Positions 52,498 to 64,000 of a stretch of 64,000 nucleotides of DNA are shown here, one piece after another. A program made the translations under genes and the position numbers. Origin of the DNA: Lytechinus pictus. Lineage: Eukaryota. Positions within the stretch are counted from its first letter, which is position 1, and each line of letters starts with the position of its first letter. The stretch is from contig NC_087251.1 of NCBI RefSeq assembly GCF_037042905.1, positions 5,768,001-5,832,000 on the forward strand, given 5' to 3'. The notes below the pieces were generated by a model. It ran no database searches and was not told the DNA's origin. It saw nothing but the letters and a program-made list of their open reading frames with translations.

Positions 52498-55121
52498 AGT
52501 AATTCATGGATTTCTTGGACAAACTGTTGTAAAAATAATTTTGACTGTTAGGAAAAAGAAAAAAAAAATGTAGAGGAGTAGGAGGGGAAAAAATGCTCAG
52601 AAAATGCGAGGCAAAACATTGCTTCAATAAAAAAAACCCTCACGGTCATTGAGAGCTGAAAGAGAGAGTCTTTAACCAAAGTGAGAGAAATATAGGGGAA
52701 GAGAGTGGGGAAGGGGTGAGGGAGGAAACAGACAGACAGAGAGAGAGAGAGAGAGAGAGAGAAAAAAAGAGGGGGGGGGGGGTAAAGTAACAGACAGAAT
52801 CATATCCAGAGTGAAATGAGGGAATACAGCTGACCTGGGAATATCTAGCCTTGACAGATGGGGTTTCCTTTCAGTAGTCTTTCTTGCTATAATATCAAAA
52901 TACCAATAGTAGTCAAAAGATGTTCCAAAACATTCTCTGAAAAAAACCCCAATCACATGAGAATAAAAAATCACGCACAAACAATTATACCCTGTACTTC
53001 TGAACAAATCTCTAAGTCTGGAAAAAAGAATCATCCATTTATGCCCTGACTTTAACCCCAACAAATCCAACGGTTACACCAATGCGGCGATCATTTTGAC
53101 ATAGCCTGGAGAAAGGTTTAGAGTTGCCGGTGTGTGAGTCAACAAGAACTAATGACACGTGGAGGGAGGGTGTGGTGATGACTCATACCTTTCCAACATT
53201 CCATCTCTACATTTCTCACTCTCTTCATCTTCTTCGCTTTGCTCTTGTTCTCTCTCTCTGTCTTTTCTGCTCTTTCTCTTACTATACTGCTCTTTCTTCA
53301 AGTTTTTGGTTCTTGCTTCTATAGTTTCCCTTTTACATTCTTCAAGAACTTTGGCCTACTTTCAAGAACATTTAGGAACCCCTGTATAAATCTTCTTCCA
53401 TTTTCATTTGCATGAAAGTCCTCATATAATAGTATTAAGTGAAATAGATTATTTCGTTTTTAATCTATAAAAAATACAATGTGCATCCATTCCAATGAAT
53501 CACATTGGTTGCTATGGTAATAAATGACTTTGACATTTATATGATGTCAAAAGAGCATCATGACAAGATGAATGGTGTACAGACTTTGTAATGGATTCTA
53601 TAAAGTATATAGCTTCTGAAATTCTGTAATGTATAGGAGACATCCTTGAATGTTCATCATTTTAATGAAGTACTGCTTGCATCAATTATTCTTGTTTAAG
53701 ATTTCAGCAATAGAAACATTGAGGCCAAGGCTCGAATAACGCTGTTTAAGAACAAAAGATACGACCTTGCCCTACAACGTGAGCTTCTGTTGGATTCATT
53801 CCAGGTTGTACAGTGTAGGCAGAGGTAATCAAATTAATGCAAATGACAATTAATGCAGATTAATGGTAAGCTGAATAAATTTCTTTAATAGACATGGATA
53901 TGTGCATTGTTGCAAATTAGTGCATCTAGACTCTAGAGTACAATTATAGCAAGATTACTAGAGTGAATCAAATGTAGAGGGATGAGTGGGTGAAGACATT
54001 AGGAACCCCTGATCATTCCAAAGCAAACTCCATATAAAATTAGTTATTGGGTAATAATTGCTTTATTCTGACCCAAAGAGAAACATTTGCTCATCTACCA
54101 AACATTCTTCCAAGTTCCAACCAATCTCTTCTAGTCTTGTTGCATGTCATGTTTGACGTCAGCTTGTATTGATTAACCAGGTGTTTCCACGAACAGCGCT
54201 CCATCACCTTGTATCCGGGACGGAGCCAGGGTACAGGGTGGTAGCTACATGTATGGGAGTGAGGGAGACGGGAAGGATGGAAAGAGACATAGAGAGAGTG
54301 AGAGAGAGAAAGGGCAGGATAAAAGAGGGATAGATGAACTGAGAGATTTAAAGTAAGAGTCAGAGTCAAGGATTTCTAGTGAATTATATGATATCAATCT
54401 TGATATGTTTGTCATTTAATTTCGGCCTTTTGTGTGTTCATGAGAGATAGAGAGAGGAAGAAAAAGGACCAGGAATGTACATGTGGAAGAGGTGAATTGT
54501 GAGGGAAAACAAAAAGGAAAAAAACCCACAAAATAATACTATGCCAGACCCTACTATTCAAGGAGATAAGAAAGAGAGTAAGAAGAGAAAGGGTGAGGGG
54601 GATGATTAGATAAAACTTCATCTCCTATGTAATGATTGCGTCAATGTCAAGCACCAATGCCCATCTTACCTGGGAATGGCCTTGTCAGAAGATTGAGATG
54701 CTATGCTTCATCTCTGCTTTCTCTCCGCTATTGTGACAATTTTTATCTCATTTCGCCCGAACAGCAATCATAATTGTGTAAAAAGATTTTTCTTCATCTT
54801 TATTGCAAAAAAATTATAACCTCTTTTCTATAAAAAGAATTTTGGTTAGATATACATTAAGTTATAAGTGAATTAACATTTATAATATAGTAATGGAAGC
54901 AGATATTGCAAGCTTTATTTTGTCCTTCTCATATACTATTTGCACATTTTCTATTTTAACTATTTTGTCATCCTATTTTCATGCATAATTCACTGTCAGA
55001 GGTAATACTAGATATTTATTTGATAGAATTTGGGATAAAGAAGAGTTAGAAATTTACCTTTCTACTTTGAAATAAAAAAGAGATTAGAGGAAGGAAAGGT
55101 GGAGAGAGGGTGTGAAAGGAG

Positions 55122-55158
55122 ATAGACAGACAGACAGACTGACTGAAAGAGAGTGAGG

Positions 55159-55190
<32 letters not shown>
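55122..55190. repeat. (GACA)n and (CA)n microsatellites
   Basis: Visible simple repeats. Confidence 0.8.
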
Positions 55191-58100
55191 GTCAGAGGCT
55201 TGTTACTCTACACTGTGATACTTTGTTTATTCTATAATGAAACAACTGGACCAAAATTCCTAATGTAATCATCTGTATGGAGCATTCTGCAAATTAAAAA
55301 ACAAAAAATGCCCAAGCACTGAAAATTTGATGAGTCGAGCCCATGCAAGTTTGAGTAAATGACACTGAATAATGAGTAAACGACACTGTTAACAGCCATG
55401 CAGTTACAGTGTTCCATCCAGGGTTCAATTAAGCCGGACAAACGGGAGATCACCTCATGCATGGTGCTGTAGCCTTAGCCAATGGCAAATAAAAAAACAC
55501 CGGCCAACGAGTGAACGTGACACAATGTCTCTAGCCCTTGTGTCCCACCCACAAATCAAATCAGGTATAAACTTGATTGAAAATTGGTAGGGTGTGGGCA
55601 AACACTGAGTGCAATAAGTCTGACTGGTGGCCAGAGATAGGGGGAGGTCAGGTGTGAAATTATGTGATTAGACTCCATGCTTTTTTATTGGTTTAACATC
55701 CATTTGTCAAATTGCTTTGCTTAAAACTGCTTGAAATAAGGAAAAATAACACTGAATGACTTAGCAAAAATTGCATTTAGCTTGTCCAATAAAAAGATTG
55801 AATTTTAAGAAACTTTTACATAAGCAGAATTCATGATATATTAAACAGAGGAAGAGAAATAGGCTGGTTCGATATCATATTTGAAGCATTATCATTTTTG
55901 ATAAGCCAGTAGCAAGTCTCCAGTCATTTGTTACATTATCTTTTTTCAGAGGAAAAAAGGGAATTTTATATTATATTATAGTAATGATGATGATGATCAT
56001 GATGGAATATTCTGCGTATGAAGTATAAAAAGGCTACAGAGCAAAGATAATTTTTAATGTGAAGAATTCATTCAATCAGCTGACCAGAGAAAATAATGCT
56101 TACTGGTACTTAATATTCATCCCTTCACATTCTTATCACAACAATGAATTCAAGATGTCAAATTATCTCTTTTTTGTTTGCATTACCACTAGTTACAGAC
56201 TACATGTATAGAGGTCTGCAAACAACGTAAATATAGTGGTTGATGGGTTTAAAAATTAAATCAATATTTAAACCTTAGGTTGAAAACTTCCTTCTTCCTT
56301 TCTATTAATAGTAGATAATTTGTCTTGCACTTCTTGTCGAGACAAAGATTTTGCAAATAAAAGAGCCATATTAAAAACACATCATCTCTTTATACATATT
56401 ACACTTATCAATTTATCTTCATAGTTACAAGTTCTTTTTTAGCTTCCAGAATGAGCTGCAGAAGGGATCGATTGTTCAAGGTACACCTTTGTAATTCTTA
56501 TATCATATACATGTATTCTTAACTCCTTGCTTGCCATTTTTAAAAACTTAAGTTTCACTTGTATTACACTAATATCTTGAACACAGATAATTTCAATCAA
56601 ACTTACTCCATCATCGAAATATTTAAGAGCTCACTCCTATTTCATCCCAATAGTTTGATCTATCATCTTTTAATATCTTATCAATTTTCCTAAACTCATG
56701 CATCTATATTAATTGAAATTCCTACCTCTTGACAGATCATAAGAATAGTGAGTCAGATGATTTCTCTCCCTGAGTAATATCAAGTCATTTATGAAGCAGG
56801 AGAAAGTACTTTTCCATCTGAATGTTGTGGATAAAAGTTACAAAGTGACTGATGCGAGTATCACTCTCTGATATCTATTTAGGAACCCAAGGACAGACAT
56901 TGAGTTTCCACAGAAACAGATCATAACAAAGCATGAACAAAATATTTATTAAGCAACTAAAAAAAAAACTTAAAATACTGCTTAAAGTGCATCATGCACT
57001 GAGTGGAAATGATCAACTTTCTTTTTCAGCAAATTAGGATTTTGCCAGTCAATTATGATTGCACCTCAAGGTTACTCTTTGGGTGCGGCAGACCGCCTGG
57101 GGTGTAGAGACAACAGAGCTACGTGCGTGTGCCTGGCAATTTACCCTTGTCACGTATCCTCCATCCTAGTTTTGCTCCCAGTATACCCTGGAGATTTCCT
57201 GTTCATTCAGCCAAGATTGCTTTTGGCTTTCTCATCTTCATGACTACCAAATTTGTGATTTATGGAAATTATTTTCACACTTCAAGTGACAAAGCAGTTT
57301 TAAATATGTCTAATGATGATTACATAATCAGGTTCCCCCACCCCCTGTTGGAAGACTGTCTTAGTGTTTGTCTTTAAGCATTTGAGCAAACATTTCCCCC
57401 AACTAAGTCTTAATTCTAGACTAGGCTCAGAGTGTCTATGTGACAAAAGCTGCGATGCTTAAGGTCTATTTGGATTAAGCTCATAACAGCCTGACATCCT
57501 CAAATATTTAATGCCTGCTTTTTGGATAATGTAAGGTGTCTAACCAAAGCAAAGAAAAGTTATCATTTGAAGCTTGTTTCCTCTCTGACTGGAAAAGCCT
57601 AGAAGCAGGTTTTTGAAATGTTAAAGATAATTTAAGACATAAGTAGGTCACAAATCCAACAAATTTTGAAGAATTAATATTTGGTTCTCTCTAGTAGTAC
57701 TTTGACATCTACTATAGATGCGGTTACAGATAAGTCGCTTTTCACTTCCAATCTGTCCTCACCTTCACAATTTTTTCCACAAATATATAATAGTTATTGC
57801 AGTTTGTTTTCAAAATACAAATGATAGATTAACATTTGACACCTTTAGATGGTGGAGATGGTTTTGTTAGAAATAGTTTGTTCATATCTAACACTGATTT
57901 ACATATGATGGTCTTCAAATTTGTACTTTAAAAGACTAGTTTAAATTTTTCTTGTATGTCTTTCTGATTCTATTTACCTTATTAAGTTGACCTCTGATGA
58001 CCTTATATTTGCCATTCATAGGGTGAAGATGGTATTGCCAGTAAGCTAATTAAGATAGAAAAGTTGGTTTATTTCAATTATTCTTGTAACCAGCCATCCA

Positions 58101-59316
58101 GATGTTCCCAGTCCGTCTTAACTGACGTTTTTTGCTTCAAGCTTGATCAGACCACATAAAGTGGCATTCTTGTTAACCTGCTTGTGTCTAGCTGTTAACC
58201 TAGTTTGTAGAGGAAGTATCTCCTAGGTGACACATGCGTAGCAAATCTTTTGTCTACTTTAAAAAAAAAATATCGCATAGAGTCTGCAGAAAGCTTTAAT
58301 TGTTGCAGGCAATCTGCCCTTAACTGCCAAAAGGAAGCAAGTGACAGAAATCCTACAATATGGCAAATTGAGAGTGCTTTACATCATCCAAACCGTGGTA
58401 TCACACATATGACTGTGGAATCCCATTTCAGAGAAAATCAACTTCAAAGTTTACTATAATATTCACACTTAGTTCCCCAACCTTTCAACATATTCATTGC
58501 TAGAAAAATACATGTTGGAAAGACCAATACAATTGCTTGACATTGGTATATTTATTTTTACACAAAACCAAGGATCAGAGAAAATATCGCAAAAGAGCTA
58601 CATACGTGTAATTTCGGTTTAAGAGGTTTAGATTTCCTTTGTACAAAAACGCTATAGGGGATACAACAACTCAGACTGCGATTTCAATGCGCGTGGTCAG
58701 TCAAATGTCTATCGCTTTTTCATGTGCAAAGTCAATGCAGTGCCAATAGGATGGTCTGGCTGACTGCTCATTTGCATATTAAGTGCGCACAGCTGTTGTT
58801 TGCTTTGCTACAGTACACGTTTCCAATGGGAGTTGCGCATTTTATCAAAAATTTGTATGGCATCGCCGTGGAAATCGCCACATACCTCAGAAACTGAAAT
58901 AAATTGCTGCCTAGAAATTTTGTTAAGAACAGAATATGACGTGTACTTTCATTTCCTGCAAAAATCTCAAAATAAATTTTTTGACCAAAATTTACTGATA
59001 CGACGGTTCAAATGAACACCGACGATAAGACACCAATGCATTACCATGATGGTTAATCTCCTTTTAATAAATTTTGTTCTGAAGGGGACATTAATATGTA
59101 AAAAAAAAACCCAACAACCCAACAGAAAATCAGTTTGGTCAATATGACACTTCCTTTGGTTAAAGTAGGAAAGCAATGTCACCATGGCTTGTTTGATGTA
59201 GAAGTAGCCTAGGGCTTTGACATCTTGATAGAGCTCTCAAAGACTAGCTTGAACATTTTCACATACTTTTTAACTAGTGATATCTGTCAATGGAAATGGC
59301 CTCATGAATGGCCTCT

Positions 59317-59530
59317 GGGAACGATGTGTTCTGATGGTGCTGACTCTTACCTATGTAATAGAGGGCCAAGGATTTGAATCCCAGCCAAGTCATAATTTTC
59401 TTCAGCAAAAAATGTTCTACATTGTGCTCCACCTAGATGAGGTGAATGGGTATCCAACAGGATTAATTCATTAAATGAACCAAGTGCATTAGGTAGCTGG
59501 AGCTAAACCTTGGGTAATATATACTGCACC
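59317..59530 (+). mobile_element. Degenerate SINE copy related to 41977-42270
   Basis: gatttgaatcccagcca...ttcttcagcaa...attgtgctccac...gaggtgaatgggtatcc aligns by eye with the minus-strand SINE. Confidence 0.65.
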
Positions 59531-61185
59531 ACTGATAACAACTAGATAATTGGTGCCTCGTTGTTTAGTATTATTTCAATAAAAAATTATCTCAATGCCC
59601 AGGTGAGAGAAAATGTATTTTCAGGAAGTTACATGGAAATTATAAGCATTGTATAATGTTTGTGCCTGTTTCTTAAAAGTTTGCTAAGTTATATGACTTT
59701 ATGAACAGCTGAAATATGGAGTGTCAAAATATTACCTTTCTGGCAATTTGATATAATGTGAGTATTTTTAATAATTTCATACACATTGGCTCAAATAATA
59801 TTGAACTAAAGATATATGTGACAATTGTAAAGCTTGTTCATAACATTTTACGTGACATTGCTGTACTTCAACTTTAGCTGTCACAATTGAATATAATAGA
59901 GAAACACGCTCGGCTGGCCTTATTTAAGTCCTGATCAACTTTACAAAAAGCTTCATGAAATTTATTCCTTGGTTCATGATAAGATTAAATGTGAAAGGGA
60001 TAATTTTCTGCAGTTGACATACAATTCACTCTCTTGTTTTGTGAACGTGAATTTAAAATATTGATAGGTTGCTTTGAAATCCAAAATATTTTTTTTTCTC
60101 TTAGGCTCCTACATTTCAGTCCATAAAATATAAGGTATCAGGTTTCAATGGGTATTAAAGAGAAATCTTAATTCCTGAAAGAATATTATAACTTGCAATG
60201 GATTTATTGGGAGCACTTCAATATGATTGTATATTATTGTGGTGTCAAAGCTGTCAAACTGACCTGGGAAATGCAAGGAGTTTCTAGATTATTATATCAA
60301 AGCCTTTCCTTTAAATCTGTAGCTAGTCAGGAAGGGCTGCGGCTACTTCCACTTCTATTGATTTTCCTGAATAATTAACAAGGGTTGAGAGATAGACCTG
60401 GATTGATTTCCCCTACTCCCTTGGTATTCCAGGCTTCTCATCTTCAAAACCAGTTTTGTGTTGATTTAGTTCCACATGCGATAATAAATCTGTCCTCGGA
60501 TTATGACGTTTGGGACTGAGACCACTCCCAGTCTGCCGCTATCAAAACAAGGGCGGCAACAAGATGCGGTTCCTTAAAGATGGTTGTTGCAATCGCCTCC
60601 TGAAATCAAATATTGAAAAGTAATTCCTAATTCAATCAAGCATTTATGAAAAGGCTTGAAGATAGGATTGTCTTTCTGTGATTCTTGTAGAGCTTTGTTT
60701 ATTATCCTTACCCATTAACATTTGATGAAATGAGGAGGGATATGACTTTCAATGTCAAAAAAATATTTTACCATCAAATCAAGCATTTATCTGTACATCA
60801 ATGAGAATGACTTAACTGAAATTGAATCATATATTGCCATCTATGTTTACACCAGATTCCAAATTGAATAATTATTTTTATATGACACCTAGATAGATCC
60901 TTGTGATTTGATTGATTGTTTGACATCGTTCATTCAGCCCATTTTACAATGACGTCATCAACTGTGCAATTTTGGATCCATTCATCGTGCAATTTTGGAT
61001 CCATACGATTTTGTCCATTGCACGCGCGCACCGAGACTGCAGCTCAGGCACCAGCAGTGCGCGTGTTGTAATGACGTAACAATCAACAGACCAAAATCGC
61101 ACTGCATGAGCATGTTTTGCATCGAAATTCATAAATTTCATATGAAAAAAAAAAAAAAAGATTTTTACTTTTTTTTAGGTGTCAT

Positions 61186-61360
61186 ATAAACCAAATAATG
61201 AATGTTTTTTTCATTCGTGCAATGGACAGAATACTTCATTCGGTGAAGGATGAAATAATGATCCATTCAATTCGGCTACGCCTCGTTGAATGGATCATTT
61301 CATCTTTCACCTCATGAAGTATTCTGTCCATTGCACTCCTAAACATTCATTATTTGTATA
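61186..61360. repeat. Long imperfect inverted repeat (about 175-bp hairpin)
   Basis: Arms caaataatgaatgttt/aaacattcattatttg, gtgcaatggacagaatacttcat/atgaagtattctgtccattgcac and aatgatccattcaa/ttgaatggatcatt surround the loop ttcggctacgcctcg. Confidence 0.85.
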
Positions 61361-64000
61361 CTGTTGCTTTTATACTAGACTTAACATGTACATACTTGGC
61401 TCTTCTTATTTTGAGCTATATGCTGTAATTTACCTCATCTTTTTGCTATACCATAATCCCATCAAGATTACAGTACATTTTCCCTTTGCATAAGTTTATC
61501 TGTATTTACTAAACATTACAAACAAGCAATTTACACAATTTTCCTGAAGATTTATGAAGAGGTAATCCCTTTAATACACCAAATCAAATGTAATTGTATT
61601 ATTCATGTCTGTAACCTTTATATGAACCCTGCATTCATGTTAATATATGTAATTAGATTCAAGAGACAATGACACAATACTATATTGGTTGGACTTGATG
61701 CATTGTGGATATGAATTTAATCAATTGGTCTACTAGTATGTGATTCTAGTTGCAGTGTTTTGCTTTTAACATTGGGCATATGTATGAGAATATGTTCAAT
61801 GCATGTAGATTTAGGACAGGGTAAAGATTAAGCAAAAAGAAGAGAAGAATACAATCAGTCCCTCATTTGAATGTAAGGAAGATAGAAAAAAATATTTTCA
61901 TGGAAATAAACCTATACTTTATTATGTTTAGATGCAACATATTGATGAAAGTACTAAAGCGGAATTCCTTTTTACCACTAAAGCAATCAAATTATAGTAT
62001 GCATTGGCCAACGGAAGTGTCACCTCGACATGCTGTGTCTATAAATGAGATGGCTAGCCCTTCTTGTTGTGGATCTGTTTATTTGTGGTTACCATGACTA
62101 CAAACCACTTGGTTTTCCTTGGCATCAATTGAGAAATCATAGAACTTTGTGTTTATATGGATGAAGAATAGATATGCCAGATGATAAGCTAATGAATATG
62201 TTCTTGAAGGTTTAGATAATGAGTAGATAGCAGCCTTGAAGCAGAGGTGTCGAGTCAGGTTTTTTTTTAGCCCTGTTCTTTGTTTTATGCTGAAAAAGGG
62301 GGTCAACAAAGTACATCATTATAGAATTCAAATCCTTGTGTTCTAATTATTAGCCGTAATTGTGGAATGATTTCTAAATTTAGCTTGTAAGAATTTCAAA
62401 AATAAGCTATATTCCCGCAGGTCTTCAAAAAAGAATTAAATGTCAATAGTTCAGTTTTTCACTAATGAATGCATCTTTCCAATCTATTCTTTTGAGAAAA
62501 ACGGTTGTTCTTCTTTTGCTGTGCATGTGAGGTGAATACTTTGTGGTGATTTCATTTTCACAACTTTTAAATTTAGTATTTGCAAAAACCTTTCATCATG
62601 CAGAAAAATTGCAACATACATGAAATGTAATATTTTGACTTGGTTTCAACATACCCCTACTCTCAGTTTTATATCTTTCATGATATTTTTCTTTATGAAA
62701 AGCAATGAAAAACCAGATAGAAGCTAAATACTCAGTAATGCCAGTTAATTCTTCTCAAAGATTTTGATGGGGCACTCCATTGTCAACTCAATTGGTTGCT
62801 AGAAAAAGAATCACATGAAATCATCCATCAAACAAAAGGTGGTATTCTGCTTTTAACAGATTTGATCTGAAGAATCATAACAAACACTATTCTTATCTGG
62901 AGTATGCACAAATGAATGTGCAATTAATAATTGTAAAAGTGTGTAATACTAGCTTAGATAAAAATGTGTTGCATTGTACTAGTATCTCATATTGTACCCA
63001 TAATCATCACCCATGTCTACAGTGAAGGCAAACACAATATTCTCCCCTTCCTAAAGATCATTCTGATGTGGAATATAAAGCAAACAATTACCTTTTGATT
63101 CTAGTGAATGTGGGTCATGAGACAAATTATCAATGTCTCAGTTATAAAAGTTGAGATGCCCTTTCCTTTCTGCTTTGCATTTGAAAATATAGCTATATTA
63201 CATCCAAATTGCCTTACAAATCATAGTTCAATACATTGTTTTCACCAGCATTAATTGTTTGCTTAACAAAGAAGTTTTATTTTGATTTAGTTATATTTTG
63301 TAATAACCATACCACATTGTAATATATTGCTCATTGGTACAAGTTCAAGTATCCAAGCATTTAAAATGCTTGACTGCACATGGCACAATTACTTGCTTAT
63401 GACGCTGCATGGATGTTACTAACCAAGGCTATGTTTGTCATCATTGAGGAGTCATTAGGATCATAGATTACAATAATACCATCCTGGGATTCATTAAGTA
63501 CACCCTTCAATCACAATTATTGATCTGAGTTCAGCGGAGTGTGGTATGGTCCAGTTTCATCATCTCTACATTTTCCTTTCTGATCACAAAATTTCTTTTG
63601 TCTTTTGTTGATACATTTGTATTGTAGTTGCAGTAATTATTATTTAGTGTACAGTACATTGTATATACAATCCCTGCATTATGTAGTGTTTTTTGTCTTC
63701 TTGTATTAAGTTTGATAAAAAGAAATTGAAATTTTGATATGTTTTAATAAGTTTATATCTAAAAAAAATGATGATGGAAGCTCACAGGTCTGGCTTAAAA
63801 TAGGAATTGTTTATAGGTAGAAACATGACAAAAAATATAATCTCATAATGAAGTGAAGTCATGCACCAATCTAATATTGTATCAAGTTGCCATATGTTCC
63901 CATTATTATTCCACATTTATGTAAAAAATGACTTCTATTACATGAATCATTATACAGCCAGTGGCTGATTTTTTTTATGATGTATCGACATTTGATTTCC

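Noticed and set aside
52672..53389. Hydrophobic low-complexity ORFs
   Set aside because: They derive from GA/CT simple repeats.
57030..57377. GC-richer stretch with overlapping ORFs after an acceptor-like site
   Set aside because: No kinase or other recognisable motif in any frame and no good donor.

Overview
AT-rich, intron-dominated eukaryotic (animal) genomic DNA. The repeat families resemble those of echinoderms such as sea urchin; this is an inference and was not searched. Most entries in the ORF track are spurious. Two spliced genes lie head-to-head. (1) On the minus strand is a BH3-only pro-apoptotic Bcl-2-family gene. Its coding exons at 7836-7218 and 571-342 join in frame, its 3' end lies left of the window, and candidate first exons lie at about 17.7-18.3 kb and 31.8-32.4 kb. 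The protein combines Bim hallmarks (SSGYGS degron-like motif, STSTQTP dynein-light-chain motif, LRRIGDEF) with Bad hallmarks (two RxRxxS sites, RSRANSAP just before GRELRR). (2) On the plus strand is a divergent CMGC/DYRK-like protein kinase with four confidently phased exons at 40996-44644 and two candidate first exons at about 33.6-33.9 kb; its catalytic C-lobe was not found in the window. The introns carry many non-autonomous DNA transposons (TTAA, 5-, 7- and 8-bp TSD types, one with a hAT transposase remnant), tRNA-derived SINEs, long hairpins and microsatellites.
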